Below are positions 32,201 to 40,606 of a DNA stretch of 64,000 bases, piece by piece. The DNA is from Caldisericia bacterium (GTDB lineage Bacteria > Caldisericota > Caldisericia > JAAYUI01): the NCBI GenBank assembly GCA_963674785.1, contig OY771555.1, positions 1,920,001 to 1,984,000 on the forward strand. The letters are read 5' to 3'. Position numbers and translations under genes: made by a program. Position 1 is the first letter of the stretch, and every line of letters starts with the position of its first letter. The notes under the pieces are model-generated. The model was not told the origin of the DNA. It made no database searches and saw nothing but the letters and a program-made list of their open reading frames with translations.

Positions 32201-32448
32201 ACGAAAGAAGAGTTGATGCAACACTTGGTGACACAGTCCTTCAACTCTGGATTGACAACTCAACTGCAAAGATTAATGGCAGTGAAGTCAAAATCCTCGG
32301 TGCAGACGGTACAACAGTTCTCTATCCAACAATTGTTAACGGTAGAACGATGCTTCCACTGAGATTCGCATGTGAAGCACTTAAAGCAGATGTCAATTGG
32401 ATTGCCGCAGAACAGGCAATTGAGATTGTTTATCCGTCTGAAAAATAA
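29269..32448 (+). CDS. Large secreted surface protein: PQQ-like propeller, Ig-like repeats, stalk domain
   Basis: Signal peptide, PQQ-like repeats, repeated G.TEPG...V..DG.F...G.N...A.D.AGN Ig units, GRTMLPLRFACEAL. Confidence 0.8.
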   Translation: MKRFVIFAVVLALIIPMLSASALTKTEWPNMLKDPAHTNYQPDANIPDAMQRNWVYYLDEGSTLSHVAVGDNIYFGNSTGDIICLNQETGEEVWKYELGVKGTSSVGVTKGKLCFMCSVDNREPVEDEGGAPGEGGGRPGGGGGRPGGGHPMSLISPSITTEEKTNAIIGVLSLEDGSELHKEAIMAPTSITGGLISDNYVYLIYITSNPEATETPPSKLVCMNPEDMSEVWSLDYDLTIASIITEGDGKLFTSASKVKYDAANPMNSEILESKLVSFTTSGEIAWEKNLGKNESTGMISYANGVIYFPLLVRPESSEAIGMRQRPSSFIAAADAKSGEEKWRFGLKEINYNDEVITDMAYYGAPAITSFGLIVQCVINHTLCLSFDGTLRWVNETPGGMAFTGIQISCTKDKVISTRGSKFSIAKGSSGEILFVDDMKMSGGGLGAMISGNMIFPIPIIANDKVFVCGDRIICYGEKVIGLYSDPANVTLDIYPDEEKIRKVRVFYNDTGEIDGTLEAKADWIKLSSTEYKTLSQVYDVTLSAAGFEVGKYESTIEVKSTVGDLSIPVIMNVVPKPPIKLEINLDDETITNQNPFPVDGVTKPGATLTANGRPIQVKSDGTFSDEIPIKEGTNELMFHAEDGDGNIADITKIVVLDDKKPTIRVNIADGQKVLSLPFEFYGSTEPGSKLLVNDEPVEVKSNGEFTVVIDGVENGEYVVEMVAKDVAGNTFKLERTITIDASELELELTLPTPGMDGSNQTTYKLKGKSTPMVYIIASIDGKPVGQGMAGADGTFEIDLTLEGDGQYKVSVVARDMQSGKMSNPVEFMLLVDSTPPTLEVEIPEIVSSEKLTVTGKTEPMTAVFIDDNKVAVGMDGTFTYDITLKKGINSITIKAIDMVGNETIVEKYVKLTDEVATTRLKLWVNTAKFVINDKQVDDLDPMPTTKSPPLPEALAGNSYMPVRAIFEALGATVGWDGDERRVDATLGDTVLQLWIDNSTAKINGSEVKILGADGTTVLYPTIVNGRTMLPLRFACEALKADVNWIAAEQAIEIVYPSEK

Positions 32449-32480
32449 TTTATCGCAAATTTCTAACTTCTAAATGTCAG

Positions 32481-32509
32481 AAAACCCCCTGGTAATTCCA
32501 GGGGGTTTT
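32481..32509 (+). terminator. Rho-independent terminator
   Basis: AAAACCCCCTGG-TAATT-CCAGGGGGTTTT. Confidence 0.85.
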
Positions 32510-32610
32510 ATCTTTTAAAGCTCTTAACAAAAATCGCCCCGATTTTGTATTGTTAAAACCCATATAACAACCAATAATATTAGCATATTGAAAATTTAGG
32601 GGGTGGTTGC

Positions 32611-35586
32611 ATGAAAAATAAATCGAATTGTTTAAACCCGAAACATTTTTTTGTCATCCTTTTATCAGTGTTTTTATTGATAACATTTTCCGGCATCCCC
32701 GACTCAGCCGCTATTCTTGGCCCAGTTCATGTTGAAATGAATATCACAGCAGAAAGGCTCGGGGCATCAAGAGCTAACTCAGCAACATCATTTAAGATTT
32801 ACATGCGACTCAATGAAAACATCGAAGTGAACGATTGGATCAAGGTTTGGTTTCCAATTGATGAAGCTTCATGTAATCCTGAAGATATCTGCGATGGGCC
32901 TCTTGAAATCAAAGGTGAAGGTCTGGAACACCCGAGATTTGTTCCAAATGAAAAGTATTTTGAAAAATATCCAGAATCAGATGAGAAAGAGTTCACGAAA
33001 CTTTATGAAATCTTGGATGAATACACAGCAGAAGCAAGATTTTATGAATGCTCGGATTGCGATGATATTGAGGGAAAATGTCGAATAGTTCAAGATCCAT
33101 CCGGACTTGGATGTTGGATCATGGGAACAGTTTTACCAATACTACCGAAAGATGACCAAGAACGATTTTATCGAATAAACCAACTGGAATATTTAACTAG
33201 TATTGGATATTCTCCTTGTGGTGCTTGTGGACAAGGAGGTCTAAAACTTATCCAAACATGGAATGAAAGGTCTCTTCAGGCTAACTCAACCGTAAGCGTT
33301 GACGCCTGGAGACAAGGTTATAACCCAATTGATTATAACATATCAAAACGCACTGGAATCATAACTCCTGCAACACCGGGAAGATATCGTTTAAAGATTG
33401 CAACAAAGGCTGAGCCAACACCTGTTGAATCAGACTCATTTGTACTTCCCTGTTCAGAAATCACAAAACCGTTATTTACCTATGAAAGATACGCAAAGAA
33501 GGAATATGGAACATATTCAATTGATTTTGGTGTTGGTGAGGGTGGGGCACTTGATAAAGGTCGATCGAAAATAGCACTAGATTTCCCAGAATGTGTAAAC
33601 ATAAAAAAGGGATACTCACTCTACAAACATTTCAGTGTAAATGGTGTTCAAAGAAACTACAAAGACTCAGTCTTTGAGTTTGATGAGAAAAACAACATCG
33701 TATCATTTATAAGTCCTGTTGATATTGACAATATGGGTCATGTAACCATAACAATTGACGGAAAGCTATTTGAAAACAGTTGTGAAGAGCCATTTACTGT
33801 TTTTGTATCAACCAGCTCTGAACCAGAATTCATCGAATCCACACCACTTGAGATAACAATCATCGAGCCATATTTGGTTGAGATTTCAAATATATTCTTG
33901 AGTAATTATAGAGCGACAATGCCAACATCATTCGAATTCACGCTTGTACCTGACTTAGACGTCAAAGTAAATTCTGGTGATGAGATTGAAATACGACTAC
34001 CCGAGGGAACAATCCTACCTGAAAATCCAGGTATTGAAAAAATCAAATCTTCTCCGAATAAAATAACAAACATAAGGATTGATGATTCAACGGTTTTCTT
34101 GACCTTCGATGAGGACTTCAAATACCCAATACAAAACACAATTACTTTTGAAGAAGACTTTGGAATCATCAATACCAACAAACCAGATATATACAAACTA
34201 GAAGTAAAAATTTCTGGATCAGAAAAAGTATCATATTCAGAACCATTTACAATTCAAACACCCCCACTCATTACTGAACTCAAACTCCTCGACCCTGATG
34301 AACCTGATGGATGTGGTGGTTGGTATAGGACTCCACCAGTACTCTCACTTAAGTGCAGAAACCCAGATGCAAAAATCAGACTTTGGTATGATGACGATCC
34401 ACTTGATAAAGCAATTGTATACTCAGGACCAAAAAGACTTCACCCAGGCTCACAGAGACCAATCATTCACTTTCAAGCGATATATGGTGATGAGCTTGAA
34501 GAGCCACAAAGTATGCAGTTATTTATAGATACTGTCCCACCAGCAATTAAAACCATGCAACCCGGCGATGAAGTTGTATATACAAGCAAAGATTCTTTTA
34601 CGATTACGGGTAAGAGGGATTTTATCGAGATGCTTACAAATGGAGGGCCATCTCACCAGGTTGCGGATGGAGTACTCATCAAGGTTAATGATGGTGAGTA
34701 TACACAGATAATTGAACCAGAAATCTTTGCAGTCGCAGATAGAGACAGTGTTGAGTCAGAATGGGAACATGAAGTAGAACTTGTTGAAGGTGAAAACATT
34801 GTCACAATTCTTGGTCGTGACCAGGCATGTAATGAAGAGACATGGGTCAGAACAATCATCAGAGATACAACCGTTCCATACCTTGAATTATTTGGCTTAG
34901 TGGAGGGCGAAAGAGTTGAAAGAGAAAGCCCCATCAGATTTAGAGTCAAATCTGAATCAGATGCAATTGTTTATATAAACAAAGAAATCGCATCCATTGA
35001 AAAAGACTTGGGTGACGGAACATCGATTTTTTATGTTGACCTTGTTGTTCCAAAACATGACACAAGTATTACAATTCACGCTGAATCGATAGATAAAGCA
35101 AATAATTCCAACAGTATTATGGCAATATACTGGATAAATTATACACCGATAAGACTCAAGCTATGGATAAACTCTGCAAAGTTTTTCAAAAATGATGAGC
35201 AGATATCTGACCTCGACCCAATGCCGACAACAAAATCTCCACCTCTTCCAAAAGCCCTTGGAGGAAATACCTACATGCCAGTTCGATCGGTTCTTGAAGC
35301 AATTGGCGCAGATATTGAGTGGATAGGTGATGAAAGAAGAGTAGACATCAAATTAGGAGATGTCTCTCTTCAGCTTTGGATTGATAATCCGATTGCAAAG
35401 ATTAATGGCTTGGACAAAAAAATCGTTAGTGCAGATGGCAAGACTCAACTCTACCCAACAATCGTAAATGATAGAACCATGCTTCCATTGAGGTTTGCTG
35501 TTGAAACAGTAGGAGCTGATGTTAACTGGATTGCTGATGAACAGGCAATTGAGATTGTTTATCCATCGGACACTGTGGGGGATTAG
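32611..35586 (+). CDS. Secreted surface protein, paralog 1: Cys-containing N-domain, Ig-like domains, stalk domain (991 aa)
   Basis: Signal peptide, shared N-domain motifs, GEGGALD Ig-like unit, C-terminal RTMLPLRF. Confidence 0.85.
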   Translation: MKNKSNCLNPKHFFVILLSVFLLITFSGIPDSAAILGPVHVEMNITAERLGASRANSATSFKIYMRLNENIEVNDWIKVWFPIDEASCNPEDICDGPLEIKGEGLEHPRFVPNEKYFEKYPESDEKEFTKLYEILDEYTAEARFYECSDCDDIEGKCRIVQDPSGLGCWIMGTVLPILPKDDQERFYRINQLEYLTSIGYSPCGACGQGGLKLIQTWNERSLQANSTVSVDAWRQGYNPIDYNISKRTGIITPATPGRYRLKIATKAEPTPVESDSFVLPCSEITKPLFTYERYAKKEYGTYSIDFGVGEGGALDKGRSKIALDFPECVNIKKGYSLYKHFSVNGVQRNYKDSVFEFDEKNNIVSFISPVDIDNMGHVTITIDGKLFENSCEEPFTVFVSTSSEPEFIESTPLEITIIEPYLVEISNIFLSNYRATMPTSFEFTLVPDLDVKVNSGDEIEIRLPEGTILPENPGIEKIKSSPNKITNIRIDDSTVFLTFDEDFKYPIQNTITFEEDFGIINTNKPDIYKLEVKISGSEKVSYSEPFTIQTPPLITELKLLDPDEPDGCGGWYRTPPVLSLKCRNPDAKIRLWYDDDPLDKAIVYSGPKRLHPGSQRPIIHFQAIYGDELEEPQSMQLFIDTVPPAIKTMQPGDEVVYTSKDSFTITGKRDFIEMLTNGGPSHQVADGVLIKVNDGEYTQIIEPEIFAVADRDSVESEWEHEVELVEGENIVTILGRDQACNEETWVRTIIRDTTVPYLELFGLVEGERVERESPIRFRVKSESDAIVYINKEIASIEKDLGDGTSIFYVDLVVPKHDTSITIHAESIDKANNSNSIMAIYWINYTPIRLKLWINSAKFFKNDEQISDLDPMPTTKSPPLPKALGGNTYMPVRSVLEAIGADIEWIGDERRVDIKLGDVSLQLWIDNPIAKINGLDKKIVSADGKTQLYPTIVNDRTMLPLRFAVETVGADVNWIADEQAIEIVYPSDTVGD

Positions 35587-38570
35587 ATGAAAAAAAATAT
35601 TTCTATTTTTTTGATTGCGATTATACTTTTGAGCTTTTCTGGAATCAAACCAACACTTGCCAATCTTGGCCCTGTCCATGTTCAGCTAAACATCACAGGT
35701 GAAAAACCAGGTAATGCAAGAGCAAACGCTGTCAATTCATTTATCATCTATGTTAGGTTCAATGTAGATATCGAGGCCCACGACTGGGTAAAGGTATGGT
35801 TTCCAACATATGAAGCTTCATGGGATGAGGAAGATATTTGTGATGGACTTCCTGAAATCAGAGGGGTTGGATTAGAGCATCCTAGGTTTGTCCCAAATGA
35901 AAAATATTTTGAAATATATAAAAATCAGGAAGAATTCGAAATCGGTAAACTCTACAAGATTTTAAATGAACACGATGTGGATACTGACTTTTATGAGCCA
36001 ACAGATTGCAAAGAGCTGAGTGAAAACTGCAGACTTAGAGCAGACCCCTCTGGTCTTGGATATTGGTTGATGGGAACGGTAATGCCATCTCTACCAAAAG
36101 ATCAATCAGATAGAAAAGAAAGAACCGCCCAAATAATATATACAACATATTTTGCGTACCCAACTTGTAGTGAATGCCAGGGATATCCAATAATGGTTCA
36201 AACCGAAAATGAGTGTTCATTCCAAAAAAATTCATATGTTGGAATTGAGGCATGGAGATCAGGGTACAATCCAATTGACTATCATTTCTCTAAGGCAACG
36301 GGAATCATTGCGCCTGCAACACCCGGAAGATATCGAATTAGAGTTGCAACCCAAGGCGAACCAACACCGGTTGAATCAGACTCATTTGTCCTTCCATGCT
36401 CTCAAATTTCGCAACCTGTTTTTGAATGTTATGAAAACTTCTTTGATAAAAAGAAGATTTATAATATCACCTTTGAAACAGGAGAGGGTGGTGCACTTGA
36501 TGCTGGAAACTCATTGATAAAAATCAAACTTCCTGAAGGACTCACTGCACCCAAAAAAACCCGCGGTAGGGAAGTTTTAGTCAATGGTGTACGTTGTAAA
36601 GCCGACATCAGATCAGAAACCTCTGAGGAAGGTACAATTGCCACAATCATCCCCTCCGTAAATGTTTCAAATCTAGGCTACGTGGAAATCACATTCTTTG
36701 ATAGTTTTTTCGGACATCATCTGACAGAAAGTGATGGTATCGAGGTTTTAACATCATCAGAGCCTGAATGGGTTAGCTCAGACAGTTTAATCTTTACACA
36801 CAAAGACCCATCAAAATTCATGATTGAAGATATTGTACTATCAAACAGCATTGGTTCTTATAAATCATCATATTTACTGAAGCTACTGTTTAATGATGAT
36901 TATGTAATCCCAAAAACAGACACAGTAGAGATTGATTTTCCAACTGGCACAATATTCCCAAAAGAACCGGATTCGGAATTTGTCAAAATCACACAAGGGA
37001 CAAAAAATGAATCAGGAAACATCAAAGACGGCAAGAATATTTTTGTGAAATCTTGCGAAACATCTGGCACAACAATCAAATTGATTTTGGGAAAAGAGCA
37101 TTATTTTTCCGATTATGTTGAAATCGAATTCATGGAGGATTTTGGGATAATCAATTCTGCAGAAAGAATCATCAAAAAGATGAAAGTCACAATTGCAGAC
37201 CACTCTGAAGAATCTGATTTCATTGAACTTTTACCACCTCCACTTGAAACCACACTCAAATTCCTCGACCCTGATGAACCAGACGGATGCAATGGATGGT
37301 ACAAAACTCCACCAGTATTATCTCTTTCATGCAGAAACCCAGATGCAATAATCAGAGTCTGGTATGATAACGATCCAATTGATAGAGCAATCATGTACTG
37401 GGAGCCAAGAAGACTTGCACCAGGTTCACAGAGACCAATCATTCACTTTCAAGCGATATATGGTGATGAGATTGAGGAGCCACAAAGTGTGCAGTTATTT
37501 ATAGATACTGTCCCACCAGCAATTAAAATCATGCAACCCGGCGATGAAATTGTATATACAAGCAAAGATTCTTTTACGATTACGGGCAAGAGGGATTTCA
37601 TCGAGATGCTTACAAATGGACAAACATATCATCAGGTTGCAGATGGAGTGTATATATCGAATAATCATGGTGAATATATTGAAATCTTGGAACCAACAAT
37701 CTTCAATGTGTTTAACCCTGAAGGAATCGCACAGGAATGGGAACATGAAGTAGAACTTGTTGAAGGTGAAAACATCATCACAATCCTTGGTCGTGACCAG
37801 GCATGTAATGAAGAGACATGGGTAAGAACGATCATCAGAGATACAACCGTTCCATACCTTGAATTCATCAGTCCAATTAAAGGTGAAAGATTAGAAAAGG
37901 ATAGCTTGGTTAGAATCAGAGTCAAATCTGAATCAGATGCAATTGTTTATATAAACAAAGAAATCGCATCCATTGAAAAAGACTTGGGTGACGGAACATC
38001 GATTTTTTATACTGAACTAATAATCCCAAAACAAGATACAATGATTACGATTTTAGCAGAGGCAACAGATAGAGCAAACAACGAAAGCTCTCATATGGCA
38101 GAGTTTTGGATTGATTACTCACAAACAAAACTCAAGCTATGGATAGACTCTGAAAAGTTTTTCAAAAATGATGAGCAGATATCTGACCTCGACCCAATGC
38201 CAACAACAAAATCTCCACCTCTTCCAAAAGCCCTTGGAGGAAATACCTACATGCCAGTTCGATCGGTTCTTGAAGCAATTGGCGCAGATATTGAGTGGAT
38301 AAGCAGCGAAAGAAGGGTAGATGTTAAGCTTGGGGATATAACACTTCAACTTTGGATTGATAATCCTGTTGCGAGAATAAATGGTTTGGACAAAAAAATC
38401 GTTCGTGCCGATGGAAAAACCCCACTCTACCCTACCATTGTAAATGATAGAACGATGCTTCCACTTAGATTTGCCTGTGAATCAGTAGGTGCAGATGTTA
38501 ACTGGATTGCAGATGGACATGCAATCGAGATTGTTTATCCATCGGACACTGTGGGGGATTAGATGAAAAA
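34450..38570 (+). repeat. Patchy direct repeat at 2976-nt offset (paralog 1 vs paralog 2 3' halves)
   Basis: 34942-35034 = 37918-38010 (93 nt identical); 35178-35325 vs 38154-38301 (148 nt, one mismatch); 35551-35594 = 38527-38570 (44 nt). Confidence 0.9.
35587..38562 (+). CDS. Secreted surface protein, paralog 2 (991 aa), same architecture as paralog 1
   Basis: Same motifs; near-identical C-terminal DNA patches; TAG-ATG junction. Confidence 0.85.
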   Translation: MKKNISIFLIAIILLSFSGIKPTLANLGPVHVQLNITGEKPGNARANAVNSFIIYVRFNVDIEAHDWVKVWFPTYEASWDEEDICDGLPEIRGVGLEHPRFVPNEKYFEIYKNQEEFEIGKLYKILNEHDVDTDFYEPTDCKELSENCRLRADPSGLGYWLMGTVMPSLPKDQSDRKERTAQIIYTTYFAYPTCSECQGYPIMVQTENECSFQKNSYVGIEAWRSGYNPIDYHFSKATGIIAPATPGRYRIRVATQGEPTPVESDSFVLPCSQISQPVFECYENFFDKKKIYNITFETGEGGALDAGNSLIKIKLPEGLTAPKKTRGREVLVNGVRCKADIRSETSEEGTIATIIPSVNVSNLGYVEITFFDSFFGHHLTESDGIEVLTSSEPEWVSSDSLIFTHKDPSKFMIEDIVLSNSIGSYKSSYLLKLLFNDDYVIPKTDTVEIDFPTGTIFPKEPDSEFVKITQGTKNESGNIKDGKNIFVKSCETSGTTIKLILGKEHYFSDYVEIEFMEDFGIINSAERIIKKMKVTIADHSEESDFIELLPPPLETTLKFLDPDEPDGCNGWYKTPPVLSLSCRNPDAIIRVWYDNDPIDRAIMYWEPRRLAPGSQRPIIHFQAIYGDEIEEPQSVQLFIDTVPPAIKIMQPGDEIVYTSKDSFTITGKRDFIEMLTNGQTYHQVADGVYISNNHGEYIEILEPTIFNVFNPEGIAQEWEHEVELVEGENIITILGRDQACNEETWVRTIIRDTTVPYLEFISPIKGERLEKDSLVRIRVKSESDAIVYINKEIASIEKDLGDGTSIFYTELIIPKQDTMITILAEATDRANNESSHMAEFWIDYSQTKLKLWIDSEKFFKNDEQISDLDPMPTTKSPPLPKALGGNTYMPVRSVLEAIGADIEWISSERRVDVKLGDITLQLWIDNPVARINGLDKKIVRADGKTPLYPTIVNDRTMLPLRFACESVGADVNWIADGHAIEIVYPSDTVGD

Positions 38571-40602
38571 TAGAACTATTGTATTTTTATTGTCTACCAT
38601 AATGTTGATTAGTTTTTGCACATCCTCAAAAACCTCCGCCATGCTCGGACCTGTTCATGTTGAACTCAATACAACACAGGAAAAATTTGGTGCAGCAAGA
38701 GCAAACAGCCAAACGGGCTTTAATATTTTTATGAGAATAAACGAAAACATCGAAGTTTTTGATTGGATAAAGATATGGTTCCCAACATATGAAGCATCAT
38801 GGGATTTAGATGATGTTTGTGATGGATTACCAGAAATAAAAGGTGAAGGACTCGAGCACCCAAGATTTATTCCGAATGAAAAGTATTTTGAAAAATATAA
38901 TAATCCAGAAGAAGAAAAGATTGGAAAACTTTATGAAGTTATCAGCCAATATGAATTGGATGTTGAAACGATTTTTACAAAGCCGGAACAATGTGAAAAG
39001 CCAGGCGAAAATTGTAGACTAATTGAAGACCCATCTGGACTGGGGTACTGGTTAATGGGGACAGTTTTACCACCACTTCCATACGATAATATCGATAGAT
39101 TTAAACTTTTGACAAAAATACTGTATAAGGATGTTTCAGCGGGATATACACCTTGTGATTGTATTGGCTACGTAAAACTCGTCCAAACTGAAAATGAAAG
39201 CTCATTAGAGCTTATAAGACAAAGTGGGGCTGAAGCCTGGAGACAGGGTTATAACCCAATCAATGTTAGTGTATATAAATCCGCTGGTATAATTTCTCCG
39301 GCAACGCCAGGAAGATATCGTCTAAAGATTGCCACCGCAGGAGAACCTGAACCTGTTGAGTCAGACTCATTTGTACTTCCTTGCTCAAAAATATCAAATA
39401 TAAATATAAAAAGGAATTCACCTTCAAGTTGGAACAAATCGGCATTGGATATTCATTTTGATGTTGGTGAGGGTGGGGCTTTAGATGCTGGGAATTCAAT
39501 GATTCACATTCAGTTCCCAGATGAATTTGAATTGCCTGAAAAGCTTGATAGAAGATATATCTATATTAATGATGTACAACTTATGAAGCTGACAAAGGTT
39601 GACACCGAATCAAACTCAATATCTCTTGTTTGTTCAGCAAATATTGAAAACACAGGTCATGCAAAAATCTCATTTCTAGATATCCTAGACTTGCAGTTTC
39701 CAAAAGAGAAAAAGAACTATGTATTCAAAATCAGCACATCATCAGAACCCGAAGAGGTCAAGGGGTTCTTTGACAATATATCTGAGGGTGAGAAATACTG
39801 GAAACAAATTCCAACAAATGTCAAAAAAAGGATTTTGAAAAATGAGGGGCTTGATGAATCATTGGCCTTTCAAAATATTGAAAACAACGATGATCTGGAA
39901 AAACTTGTAAATTCTCTCCAGTTTATTTCATGGGGTGTGAGGCCAGAAGTAAGCAGGGATTATTCAAGATTATTCTTCAATTTCTATGTGCCATATGAAA
40001 AGGAATATTTGCTTGCTTACCACAAAACAGGTGGGCAGGCACCCACAGCGTTTCTTGGTCCTGATTGTTGTCATTATGAACCAGGGTTTTCTGCAGATGA
40101 CCCATTTGACCCAAGGAAACCAGTTATCTATCCCGGGTTTGGCACAATCTATCCGTATTGTGATGTGATGATAAAAAGCTATAGACGGTGTTCTCACAAG
40201 GCATCAAAAACAATTCAACCGGGGAAAGATTACTTGATGATAATTATCGGTGGAGACCAGTGTGCAAGTGTGGGGTGCAAAAGCTTCAGGGAAGAGCACG
40301 ACACATTCTTCACATTCATTCCATCAGTTGAGTTTGAATCAGATTATACAAAAACATTCTCAAGGTTTTCAGAAATCTACCCACTGGAATTCAAACCAAT
40401 GTTGCCTAATGAATGCTGGCACTACACAAATGAACCTGGTTCAATATTTTTGTTTGAACATGACTGGAACAATAAAACTTTCAAGCTGTCGGTCGGCAAG
40501 ACACCTGGAGATTTTGAAATGTTTTTTGATCTCGATTTGAGCTTGACCGAATGGAATACTTGGCTTGATTATGTTTATCACATGAAGAAACTTGGGAGAT
40601 AG
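38563..40602 (+). CDS. Secreted protein, paralog 3: same N-domain and one Ig-like unit, then an unrelated Cys-containing C-domain; no stalk
   Basis: Shared N-domain motifs; sequence after EPEEV is unrelated to the other paralogs. Confidence 0.85.
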   Translation: MKNRTIVFLLSTIMLISFCTSSKTSAMLGPVHVELNTTQEKFGAARANSQTGFNIFMRINENIEVFDWIKIWFPTYEASWDLDDVCDGLPEIKGEGLEHPRFIPNEKYFEKYNNPEEEKIGKLYEVISQYELDVETIFTKPEQCEKPGENCRLIEDPSGLGYWLMGTVLPPLPYDNIDRFKLLTKILYKDVSAGYTPCDCIGYVKLVQTENESSLELIRQSGAEAWRQGYNPINVSVYKSAGIISPATPGRYRLKIATAGEPEPVESDSFVLPCSKISNINIKRNSPSSWNKSALDIHFDVGEGGALDAGNSMIHIQFPDEFELPEKLDRRYIYINDVQLMKLTKVDTESNSISLVCSANIENTGHAKISFLDILDLQFPKEKKNYVFKISTSSEPEEVKGFFDNISEGEKYWKQIPTNVKKRILKNEGLDESLAFQNIENNDDLEKLVNSLQFISWGVRPEVSRDYSRLFFNFYVPYEKEYLLAYHKTGGQAPTAFLGPDCCHYEPGFSADDPFDPRKPVIYPGFGTIYPYCDVMIKSYRRCSHKASKTIQPGKDYLMIIIGGDQCASVGCKSFREEHDTFFTFIPSVEFESDYTKTFSRFSEIYPLEFKPMLPNECWHYTNEPGSIFLFEHDWNNKTFKLSVGKTPGDFEMFFDLDLSLTEWNTWLDYVYHMKKLGR

Positions 40603-40606
40603 ACAT

